Assembly: GCA_001661245.1 (NCBI GenBank)
Contig: KV454016.1
Span: 1 to 64,000 of the forward strand
Length of the DNA stretch: 64,000 bases
From: Pachysolen tannophilus NRRL Y-2460
Lineage: Eukaryota
Direction of reading: 5' to 3'
This document shows, piece after piece, positions 23,812 through 34,721 of this stretch. A model generated the notes under the pieces. The model did no database searches and was not told the origin of the DNA. It saw only the letters and a list, made by a program, of their open reading frames with translations. The stretch's first letter is position 1. The number at the start of each line of letters is the position of its first letter. A program made the translations under genes and the position numbers.

Positions 23812-24964
23812 ATGGGGAAGAAAAGTAAGGGGACTTTATTTGATTTAAAAAATTTGAGTTGGGGATTCCATAATACTAATTGAGTCATATAGGAGTTTTG
23901 TGTTGTTATGGTGTCGATATTGATGCTGTGTCAGGTTGGCTAGGTTCTTATGGTGGTGCAGATTCAGTCAACGATATTTCAAGAGGTATGTATATTTTCT
24001 TTTGCGTAGAAGAGAGTAATGGAATTTTTTTTTATACTGACATAATGTTCAAAGGTTTATTTGCTGGCCATGTTGGTGTTCCAAGAATGTTAAAAATGTT
24101 TGATAAGTACCAGATCAAGGCTACTTGGTTTGTCCCCGGTCATTCTTTAGAAACATTCCCCGAAGAATGTGCTGTTATTAGAGATAAGGGACATGAATTG
24201 TAAGTATTTGTGAATATGTGACAATTCTAAGAGTTTGATACTAACTAATCAATTTGAATTTTTTTGAAAGTGGTCTCCATGGATATTCGCATGAGAATCC
24301 AGCTGATATGACTCTTGAACAACAGAGAGATGTTTTAGATAAGACTTTTAGACTTATCACAGAGTTTTGTGGTAAACCACCCAAAGGTTCTGTTGCACCG
24401 TGGTGGGAAACATCAGTTGAAGGTACCGAAATGCTTCTAAGTTACGGTATCGAATATGATCATTCAATGTCTCACCACGATTGCAAAGCATACTGGTTAA
24501 GAACAGGTGATTCTTGGAAAAAAATTGATTATTCCAAGAGGGCAAAAGAGTGGATGGAACCTTTGATTAGAGGAAAAGAAATTGGCCTTGTAGAAATTCC
24601 TGGTAACTGGTATATAGATGATCTTCCACCTATGATGTTCATCAAAAATAATCCAGATTCTTATGGATGGGCAAATCCAAGAGATATTGAAGATATTTGG
24701 AGAGATCATTTTGATTATTTCTATAGGGAATATGATGAATTCATTTTCCCGATAACTTGTCATCCTGATGTTTCTGGTAGACCTCATGTTCTTTTAATGC
24801 ATGAAAGACTTATTGAACATATTAATAAACACGAAGGTGTTGAATGGGTTACCATGGGTGAGCTTTCAGATGATTTCAAAAAGAAAAATCCTCCTCCCCC
24901 TGGTGCATTAATGCCAACTTCAACCGAAGAAGTATTGAAAAGATTGAACATTAATTTGTCATAA
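23812..24964 (+). CDS. CE4 polysaccharide-deacetylase-fold hydrolase (PuuE/HpPgdA-like); introns 23825-23892, 23986-24054, 24200-24270
   Basis: Spliced [23 protein letters not shown]...ATWFVPGH...[10 protein letters not shown]...APWWE...[12 protein letters not shown] introns with branch sites; no signal peptide. Confidence 0.9.
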
Positions 24965-25238
24965 ATATATAGTTATTGGTGTATGTTGATAATATTATTC
25001 ACATGCAACTATATGCATGTCCACTTAAAATGTACCTAGAAGTTTGATTGAAATTTACTTAACCTACTTTATTAAACTGCTACTCATTTGTGATGTAAAG
25101 GAAAATAAAAGACTTAATCCTGATGTCATTAAAGAAAACTGTATTTAATTTCTCTATTCACCATTACTATCTTTTCCTAAAAAAAAAAAAATTTTAAAGC
25201 TCAAGTTGCTCATATGCTGTTGATAGGTAAGATAAAGA

Positions 25239-25680
25239 ACTTATGACCAAATTTGATCATTTCATCAAGATTAATATTGAAGAATAGTCTCAAACCTGGA
25301 AATTAGCTTCCATAAAGGAATCTAAAAGTAAATTTTTTTAAAAAAAAAAACGTAGGCCATACTGTATCTATCTATTAGAATCATAAGTATAGTTTGTATT
25401 CCCCATTAGATTTCGGTGTATTACTTACTATCTACAGGCTTCCAAAAAAAAAAAAAAGACAAAAAAAAAAGCAGAGTACCAGCTCGATGCTCTCGCCAAC
25501 TACAGATCCAGCTCTACAAGACCCAGTTGCATCGGAACACAAGTTTCTAAACTACTCTCATAATTAGATGAAGATCGGGAAAGCTTACCTATGAACAACG
25601 AAGTTGGTTAAGCCGAAGATATGCGCGCAACGCTTGTGCTTTTCTTGCAAATGATCCTGGTAGTTAATTACATGAACAAC
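25239..25680 (+). pseudogene. Decayed SDR pseudogene fragment, paralogous to the SDR at 8897-9782
   Basis: Broken frames read YDKFDHFIKIN..T.KLA, GHTVSIY, PSCIGTQ, MNNEVG*AEDM, ACAFLANDPGS.YM, colinear with YDKFNRLCNVN..TAQLA, GSIVFIC, PGYVRTE, MNKKVANPEDM, TCVFLASDASSYM of the intact SDR. Confidence 0.6.
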
Positions 25681-25951
25681 GATAAAATCACTTTACTCAT
25701 ACTGATATGACCAAATAACATGTGAAACAATTTCTTTATGAGTTCGAGTCAATGCTCTACCATGATTATTAATATCTTGATATCTTAAATATTTGTATGC
25801 TCGTTAATAAGCAATGTAAAGTTTTCTTTGGATGCAACGGCGATTGCCCACCTAAAAAAAAAAAATTTCCCCACGCGAAATGTGGTATAACTGGCCGAGA
25901 AGTCCACTTCTTTGATAGTACGGTATTGATTAAATTGTAATTGTAATCAAG

Positions 25952-28725
25952 ATGAGTACCAAGACGAAGAAGAGGTTTCCTTGTCAATTCAGTAAGTGTG
26001 GGAAGTCCTTTTTGAGAAAGGACCACCTTGAAAGGCATGAATTAAACCATAGAAAAGAAAGATTAAAGTGTCCCAGATGTGAAGCTCAGTTTTCAAGAGC
26101 TGATTTGATAGGTAAGCGGTGTATATTGATTTTATTTTATGGTATTTGGTTATTAACTTCATTATGATAGATCGTCATCTTAAGCGTCATCTGGAGAAAG
26201 ATGCGGAAGCTGGTGGTGAAGGGTTGGGTAAATTAATTAGTAGAAGAAAACTTTGGCGGCCTGAGGCTGGATACATCAAGGCCTCAGATAGAAAGATGAT
26301 AATACCATCTGATGATATTCCAGACAATACAGATAACTCATCAACGTCTTCTTCAGAAAATGAGAAATTTTTTACAAAAAGAAGGGAATATACTCTTTCT
26401 AGTGAATATTCAAGGACCGCTGATAAAGATGATCCAAATTTAGAGTTAGCTTCTCTTAACAATGATAAATCATTAGCTTTAGATGATTTGGGCCGACCAA
26501 CAGATTCTCTTTTATATAGCACTGGTTCGTCGGAAGCGAAAACCGTAAATCTTGAATCTGGTGATCAATTACCAAATGGAAATGACTTATCTGAAAACCA
26601 GTCTGAACAGAATTCTAGTGTGTCAGATAGATATTCGAGCTCTAATATGTTTTATCAGAATGACCAGGCAAATATAGTTCATTCTAGTTCTGACTCACAC
26701 AGCATTTCTGAAGATATTATCTTGGAAAGCTTTGTTCCAGATACAGCTTCTTCCTTCACTATGCCGTTTACAACTCTCAAGGATTACTCTTGGATATTTG
26801 AAAATCCAGATGAATTTTTTTCTCCTAAATCTACAAACAATTACATATCACCAGTGAATATTGAAACAGCAAATTACTTCAATAATACACATGATACATC
26901 ACCACTGAGTAATAAGAACTTGACAAAGCAAGCAACCCCACAGAAAACTGATAATGACGGTGTGAAAAATGTATCATCATTACGTCGGGAAGCAAGTGAT
27001 GTGTATTCTAATTACGAATCACTGACAGATATAAATCCTCATCTTCAAGATTCATATGTTATTGAGTTTACAGAAAATCCAGTACCATTTTTGCCAAAAT
27101 TGGATGAAACTACCAGGTTGAGGACGATTGATTTTATTGTCAAAATTACTTCTACAGGAATATCATATTCTTCTTTTGATAAAAATGATGAATTCTTTGA
27201 AATGAAATCTATGCAGAAATTCTTGAATATGTTTTTCATCAAAGTGAATGTTGCATATCCATTAATCCACTGTTCCAGCTTTAATCCTAATGAAGTAGAT
27301 AGTTTGTTGCTTGTATCATTGATCCTTCTAGGTGCAAGCTATGACACCAAGGCTTCCCACAAGGCTGCTGTTAAAATTCATGATTGCCTAAGAGGTGTTC
27401 TTTTCAGTTCCAGTTATTTTAATGCAACCCCAGATTTGTGGGTTTTACAAGCAATTCTTCTAATAGAAATTTTTGGGAAAAATAAAGCAGATATTAAACA
27501 ATATGAAATGGCATGTTTATTCCATGGTCTATTGATCAATTTAATCAGAAGAAGCGGATGTGAGAATGCCGTAAATCCACCTCACTCAAAAGAAGACGAA
27601 TTTGACCCAGAAGAAAGTTGGAAAACTTGGATTAAATCAGAATCAATGAAAAGATTGGCTTTATTGACATTTTTATTAGATGTTCAGCATGCTACACTTT
27701 TCAGTCAAACTCTATGTATGTCCGCATTTGAATTACGCCTGCAATTGCCTTCAGATCTGAAGTTATGGAATGCTAAAGATGCAGAAGAATGGCTAGAGTA
27801 TAGAAGGTCTGAAAAGCAACCATTATATTTTTTAATAACTTTGAAAAAATATATAAACTGTTCAGATAGTTTACCACACCTTAACCCCTTATCTAGAGTA
27901 TTAATACTCCATGGGTTAATGGGTATATCATGGGATATGCAGCGCCGAGATCAAACATCATTGGGCCTTCATATAGATCCTTATGCTTGGAAAACAAAAA
28001 TGGCAAAAGCTTACGACTGCTGGAAAGATGATTTTGATAAATTTAGCACCATTGCTATATCTGAATGTGCCAATTCAGGTAACTCATTGAGTCAAAGATA
28101 TTTAATAAAGTATTTAACAACCAATAATGCAATTTACCATAGTGCTCATATTATTTTATGGACAAATATCATTGACTTGCAAATTTTCGCTGGTGCTGAG
28201 CATATTTTGGGAAGACCTGTCAATACATCAACCTTTGATTTTGCAAAAAAATCAGTCATCTCCTGGAGCAGAAGTATGGGGAAATCAGAGAAAGCAGTTA
28301 TGCATGCGGCTCAATTATTAAGAGAAGGTCTAACAAATTTAGACGACTGGGAAGTAGATGGAACATTTCATTATCCCTGGTGTTTATATTTAGCTTCGTT
28401 GACATGTTGGGCATTCTTCAAAACCGTTAACCCAAATAAGCCGTCTTTTATCAAAGATAATAAAGCCAATAACTGTCCTCCAGACTTGAATGAATCAATT
28501 GATACACTCGATGACTACAAATATAAAATGAGGAATTTTTTACTATTAGTAACTAGCGAAACACCAAATAGATATCGTGATCTTGCGACTCATCCACATT
28601 GTGACACAACAGGAATGCTCAATGAAATAGCAGATTACTTTCGTTCGATTAGATGGGAAATTATATACGAAAGCTTGAAAGTTTTGAAAAACATTATTGG
28701 TACAAAAGGCGTAGAATATATATAG
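25952..28725 (+). CDS. C2H2 zinc-finger transcription factor with fungal TF middle-homology domain; intron 26112-26170
   Basis: Two C2H2 fingers (CQFSKC..RKDHLERHELNH; CPRC..RADLI|DRHLKRH) joined by a GTAAGC..TAG intron; YPLIH and WIKSESMKR MHR motifs. Confidence 0.92.
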
Positions 28726-28851
28726 CAGTATTAAATTAAATAGTTTTTAAGAAATTTCACTTTCTCGAATAATAATATATGAAGGACTATTTATAATTCA
28801 GTTTTAAATCTTGTTATCTAAGTAAATCATTCAATATAATTTCATCAGGCC

Positions 28852-29511
28852 ATGTCATCGAGCAATTCAGTATCAGATAAAGCGCTTTTGAAGAATTCAA
28901 GCCTATTACAATCGGCAACAACTCATAAGTTAACTACAGAATTATCTAAAGGCACTTTAAAGGACAAGATTTTACTAGTTTATTTGGTGCAGGATTATAA
29001 ATTTTCAGGAATGTTTCTCAAGATGATAGGTAAGGCTTTATCATTATGTGATAATTATCAGTCAGCAATAACTTTAGGGAAGCAACTTGGGCTTATCTGC
29101 AACGATGAAAATGATTATTTTGAATCAACTATAGAGCAACTTTCTAAATCGATTAAAGTGAACGATGATGTATTGCCCACCGTGAAAAAATACCTTGATT
29201 ACATGCTAAAATTATCGAAAAGTGAATCATATTCAGAAATTATCTCTTCATTATATATTATGGAATTGGTTTATTTGAAGTGGGCTGAAGATGCTGAGAA
29301 TCATAATAATACTCTTGAATTACTTGAATATAAACATAAGGAGTGGATTGATTTACATAGAGGAAAAGCTTTTGAAATATGGGTTGAATTCTTAAAGAAA
29401 GAAGTAGATAGACATCCAGAAGAATCTGATAAAATCTTTGAATCTGTTCGAATTACTTTAAATTTTGAACTTGAGTTCTTTGATGAAACTTACCAAGTTG
29501 GTTCAACATAA
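28852..29511 (+). CDS. PET18: TenA/THI-4 family protein (Pet18/TenA_E-like)
   Basis: H.LT.EL..GTL, YLVQD, ENDYF, ELVYLKW, EWIDLH, LELEFFD. Confidence 0.8.
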   Translation: MSSSNSVSDKALLKNSSLLQSATTHKLTTELSKGTLKDKILLVYLVQDYKFSGMFLKMIGKALSLCDNYQSAITLGKQLGLICNDENDYFESTIEQLSKSIKVNDDVLPTVKKYLDYMLKLSKSESYSEIISSLYIMELVYLKWAEDAENHNNTLELLEYKHKEWIDLHRGKAFEIWVEFLKKEVDRHPEESDKIFESVRITLNFELEFFDETYQVGST

Positions 29512-29796
29512 TTAGATAATTTAATTCACTCATTGCATTCAAAGTTTATGGTCCACATAATGATAGAAGTAGTCTTAACACTTAGAATGAACAATAAACT
29601 TACCAATGACTTGACAAAACTTTTTGTTTTTATATGAAATAATGCTTACTATTTTCTGTTATCTATATAAATATATATTTAAATATATATAACTTATATT
29701 GTATCACAAAAAAAAAAAAAATAATAATTCTATAAATACTATATCAATAGATACTTTTCTTTTTTGTATGCAATTGTATAACATATATATATCTAT

Positions 29797-31047
29797 TTAG
29801 ACCAAAGCAACTGGTAATCTTTTAGATTCAGCATCTTCTACAGTAGAAGTATTAGCTTCACCAAATTTGGCCCAGTTGTTGTAGTGATAGTTCAATTGAC
29901 TATAGAAGTTTGGTCTATCATAATGGGTGAAATCCCAACCATTTCTTAATCTTTCAACAAAATCTGGGTTTGAAGTATAGTATCTACCAAAGGCTATAAG
30001 GGTTCTATCGTTATGTGCTTCGACATCTTCTCTTAAGATGGCATAGTTGTTATCACGGTCACTAAGATAGTTTCCGGCTCTCATAACGTTACCTCTCCAA
30101 ATTTGATAAATCCATTCATTGGATTTTAATTGTCTGTAATTCTTTAATTTAGCCTGATCAACATCATAAATACCTGAAACTCTTGGTTCTACAACAGAAA
30201 TATATGCCAATTGTTGACCTTTAGTAGCTCTATGTTGAAGTTCTGATAAAACGTATCCAATATAAGAAATTGGATGAATTACTTCTTCATCACCTTTCAT
30301 ACCATTAAACTGAGCCCATGGAGAAAGTCTAACTGCTACTTTATCAGCACCAAACTCTTGAATTAATAAGTCCATAACTTCTAAAAGTAATCTAGATCTA
30401 TTTTCAATAGAGCCACCGTACTTATCAGTTCTCTTGTTACTTGCTGGCTGTAAAAATTGATCCAAAAAGTATCCATGAGCACCATGAACTTCAACAAGAT
30501 CAAAATTAGCTTCATTAATAGCATATCTTGCTGCTTCAAGATATTGTTGTTTAAATTTTTCAATTTCATCAAGAGTTAAAGCTCTAAGTTCTATACCAGC
30601 TTTCTTTGCCATTTCTTTAGACTCATCATCACTATAGATAGCTGAAGGTCCAACAAATGGAACACCTAATCTTTTCAACTCATCTGGAATTGCAGCTCTA
30701 CCTAAATTCATTAATTGACAACAAACTGTTGTTCCATTTGAATGAATTTTATCTGTAATTTGTTTCCAAGCTTTTGCTTGAGTACTATTGTAAATACCTG
30801 GTGCATGTGCATAACCAGAAGCTTCGCGTGAAATTAAAGTTGCTTCAACAACAATTAAACCCCCATTCTTTCTTGATCTCTCATCATAATATTGTAACAT
30901 CAAATCACTTGGAACACCATCAATAGTGGCACGCATTCTTGTTGTAGGAGCATAACAAACTCTATTTTCAAGTTCTTTCTTACCAACTTTAATTGGTTTG
31001 AACAAACTAGTGTTTTCCAATGAATATTTAGTTTTTTGTAACGACAT
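29797..31047 (-). CDS. Old yellow enzyme, yeast OYE2/OYE3/EBP1 type
   Basis: SLENTSLFKPIKVG, APTTRMRA, EVHGAHGYFLDQF, LAYISVVEPRV, RTLIAFGRYYTSNPD. Confidence 0.93.
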   Translation of the reverse strand: MSLQKTKYSLENTSLFKPIKVGKKELENRVCYAPTTRMRATIDGVPSDLMLQYYDERSRKNGGLIVVEATLISREASGYAHAPGIYNSTQAKAWKQITDKIHSNGTTVCCQLMNLGRAAIPDELKRLGVPFVGPSAIYSDDESKEMAKKAGIELRALTLDEIEKFKQQYLEAARYAINEANFDLVEVHGAHGYFLDQFLQPASNKRTDKYGGSIENRSRLLLEVMDLLIQEFGADKVAVRLSPWAQFNGMKGDEEVIHPISYIGYVLSELQHRATKGQQLAYISVVEPRVSGIYDVDQAKLKNYRQLKSNEWIYQIWRGNVMRAGNYLSDRDNNYAILREDVEAHNDRTLIAFGRYYTSNPDFVERLRNGWDFTHYDRPNFYSQLNYHYNNWAKFGEANTSTVEDAESKRLPVALV

Positions 31048-31215
31048 TCTGATTTCTTAACTACTTGATATTTTGATAATTATTATAATTATTATTATAT
31101 TTAATACCTATCTATATATAACAAAGAAACCGTCAACTTGTTGGAAACCTTACAACACCTTCTATATATATTCTACACTTCAAATGATTTACTACTATAA
31201 TCCCTAATAACATAA

Positions 31216-31324
31216 TTAGTAAGCAAACCGATGAGTTGGCATTATTCCTGATGCTTACGAGTCCTGTAATGTCAATTCATCCACTAATATGCAAAGCCTG
31301 CTTTTAAAAATACTTCATTACTAA
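31216..31324. promoter_or_regulatory. Two Yap1-type response elements upstream of the OYE
   Basis: TTAGTAA 31216-31222 and TTACTAA 31318-31324; yeast OYE genes are known Yap1 targets, but AT-rich background lowers specificity. Confidence 0.45.
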
Positions 31325-31817
31325 TATATCTACTATTTAAGCATTTAAAATGCATTTCTTTTAAAAAAAAAAAAAAAAACAAATTTTGATCGACTCAAAA
31401 ATCAACCCATTCCGGTCTTACCTTATCCAAGCATTAACACCCAATACTTGTGAATTTACCTGATTTTCATCCAGAATAACCGAAAGAAGGTGAGATCTTC
31501 TACTATGTACCATGTATTAACAAGATATTTATAACCTTAAAAATCACCTGCATGCATAATCCCATGTTTTAGCCGAGCAAAATTTTTCACTTGAAAAAAA
31601 AAAGAAAAGAAAAACGGAAAAATTATGTCCATGCCAGGGGACATAAAGATGTAGTATAATACTATTGAGATGGACTATTGATTATAGAGATGTAGTTTAG
31701 ATAAATTTAAAGACTCTTTTCCTAATGAATATGAACTGTGAAATTTTATAAAAAGCACCAAAATAAAAGAAAAAATAAAAAGAAAAAGCAAGATATATAA
31801 TGATATTACAATGAATG

Positions 31818-33669
31818 TTAGCTATCCAAGCCAGCCCAAGACTGTATGACTTTTGCCAAAGGTGTTATAGCGGCCAAGATCACCATTATGGTACCAAATA
31901 AGACAAAACTTAGGCTACTCATTGCAGCAGCTCTTGGATCGGTATTTAACAAATGGGCAGTGGAAATGGCACCGCAATTGACTCCCAAACTAATACCTCT
32001 TGTAACGTAATCATCTGGTCTTATTCTTAAGAAATATTTACCCAACATTTGATCTCCACATAAGACACCCAATATACCTGATACAATGGTGCAGACTGCC
32101 ATTAATGGTATTGAACCATCCAATGCGGTTACTAAAGGTGTTCCAAGAGCTAAAGTAACTGACCGACCAACGAATCCCAATGAATTTTTAGAAGAAATAC
32201 CAATGTGATAGCATAGAGGAGGATAAATGAAAAAAGTTCCAAATGAGCATACAAGAATTGGAGGAAGTAAGACGAAAAAATGTTTTTTCAAATCTTGTCT
32301 ATATTGGAACATTGGTAGGGATAATGATACTATTGCAACATCCATCAAAGAAGTTAGAACATCACCAGCTCCTGGCCATGTAGTTCCTTCTTCTGTATTG
32401 AATAAATATAAATAAGTTCTCCCAGTTTTATAATCATCCAAAGTATCCATGAATCCATCTCTCTTGATAACAATAAATATATAATAAATTAACAATACCA
32501 ATGATACAGATACTAAAATAGGATGGAAAAATCTCCTCCATTTAGGACTAATGAGCATGGCACAGAAAAACATTAATACACCTATTGAAAGATGCAAAGG
32601 TAATGCATAATCACATGCAAAATAAATTGGTATTCCAGTAATGAAAAGTATAAAATACATTATCCAATCGACATAAGTTGTAATAAATAAAGAAACTGCT
32701 TTTGACCTGTCTGGTAGACTATGTACATATTGTGTCAAGGTTTCTCTATGAGAAATTTCTGTTTCTTCATCTGATACAACCACACAATTTTGATTCCTTG
32801 AAGGATCATTGAAAACTTTTTGAGGCTCTTCTACAATAATAATGCCATTAGCATCATCGTTGTTGTTATTGTCGTTGTCATTGCTGCTATCGCTGCTATC
32901 GGCACTGTTATCACTTGAATTTCTCAACATTTCCACAGATTTTCTAATTGGATCTTCCCATGAAGCAGAAGCAGAAGCAGATGCAGAAACTTCTTGTACT
33001 GCACTAGATCCCAAGGGTAAGATTTCATTCTCCTCAATTGAAAAAGAATCTATACTTCCTTCCGGTTTTTCTGATTCTGATTGTTGTAAGTTTCTTGCAT
33101 GCATATTATCCATATAGTCAGTTTTATGTAATCCTAATAATCTTTGCAAAAAGACACACACATATGCCATAAATGCCAACATCACCATAAATCCAATAAC
33201 GAAAACTGCAGCAATTATAAAAGCTTCTTTTGCAGTTATCTTATCCGATAAAGGTAATGTAACGAAAGATGGAGTGAAAAAAATATTGATCCATCTTAAT
33301 GAAAAACTCGCTGGTATTTCAATAATAGAAACAATTTTATTTGTTTTTTTTTTACCTAAAACTTTTACACAACATAATAAAAACCCAAAATTAATTAACA
33401 TTAAACATACGGAAGCTGGGAAATCAATAGTTGTTAATTTGATAATTTCATTAACCCCATATAATAACATCAATGTTAATACCACTCCTATCGCTGTTTC
33501 CACATAGCAATGAAATATATGTGGTAAAGAAAGTTTAAACCCCTACAAACCAACAAGAAAATCGTTAGCTTCATAGAACCATTATAAATCTCCATCAATC
33601 AATCATACCCATACTAATCATACTCACTAGGCAAATTCCTTTCAAGATATCCACTATTGCATTCACCAT
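31818..33669 (-). CDS. LrgA/LrgB-like membrane protein; intron 33627-33543
   Basis: FPASVCLM, LRWINIFFTPSFV, RSVTLALG, NCGAISTAHLL; exon 1 MVNAIVDILKGICL then GTGAGT..GCTAAC..TAG in frame. Confidence 0.88.
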
Positions 33670-33996
33670 ATCTTATCAACTAAAAAGAATTTTTTTTTTT
33701 CAATTCTCTTTGTTTTTTTCTTTTTTAACAAAACACATCCCATCTTCTAAATATATATAGATAATATATCACTATTGGGTTAGTCAGAACTATTGCTGAT
33801 GATTTCATTATGTTCTTGCTATACTCTTCTTAGATGAAGAGCACACATACTTATCGTTGTCGTTTTTTTTTCCGTGGGATGATTCATAGTTAATACCGGC
33901 CGCGAGGAGCGTGGGATGAAAGGAAAGAAAATCGCCCAAACACGGTAATTACCGAAAGTGGAAGTTCAAAGAAAAAAAAATTAATAAACTAGGAAA

Positions 33997-34058
33997 GTCC
34001 TACACCACACCACACCACACCACAAGGTCCTACACCATATTCCCACATCCTACACCTT
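33997..34058 (+). repeat. Interstitial CCTACACC/ACACC motif cluster (telomere/Rap1-like)
   Basis: Three TCCTACACC copies plus a run of ACACC repeats. Confidence 0.65.
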
Positions 34059-34283
34059 AACATCTTATACCAAGAAAAAGGTAAAAAGTATATAATACTA
34101 TATATATTAGCTACAAAATAAAACTAAAAAAATATTTAGTTAAATCAATATTGATAAATCAGTATATTCTAAAGAGAAAAAAATTGAAAAAATTACTAAC
34201 TAATCTATTTGTATATATGTACAAGATTCTTTTTCAAAATTTTTTTTTTCTTTTTTTCTTATTGGTTATTGATAGATTGAAAA

Positions 34284-34721
34284 TTATAAATATTTTATAG
34301 TTGGAATATCATTTTCTTCAACAACTTGTGCTTGTGTAATTTCAGTAAACTCTTTTAAAATTTCATCAGAGTGTTTATATTTCAAATCAATCAATTTTTT
34401 TTGTCCATCTTGATAATTAATAGTCAATGTTGCTGGACATTTTTCACTTTCATCTTTGGATTCAGTCTCAATTCTAGTGACAGTTATAGGTATATTTGGA
34501 TTGTGAAATTGAACTGTAGGCAAATTATTTCTCCAGAACTTACGAGGTCCCATATGTCCAGCACTATTTGTCCTTTTAAAAATTAAATCTATAGAACTTA
34601 TTGTTGATGGTAATTTTATAGCTGAACTAGGATAATTCGATATCAAATTTAACCTTGCAACCTGTTTTGTAAATCTACCGTTTGGTAAATTCTTAAACAT
34701 CTTAGGAACCGTAGACGCCAT
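34284..34721 (-). CDS. MRP49: Mitochondrial ribosomal protein mL61 (L51/S25/CI-B8 domain)
   Basis: GHMGPRKFWRNNLPTVQFHNP motif. Confidence 0.85.
   Translation of the reverse strand: MASTVPKMFKNLPNGRFTKQVARLNLISNYPSSAIKLPSTISSIDLIFKRTNSAGHMGPRKFWRNNLPTVQFHNPNIPITVTRIETESKDESEKCPATLTINYQDGQKKLIDLKYKHSDEILKEFTEITQAQVVEENDIPTIKYL

Noticed and set aside
300..31800. Transposon, LTR, tRNA or Y'-type helicase associated with the cluster
   Set aside because: No transposase, reverse transcriptase, terminal repeats or tRNA-like sequence were visible
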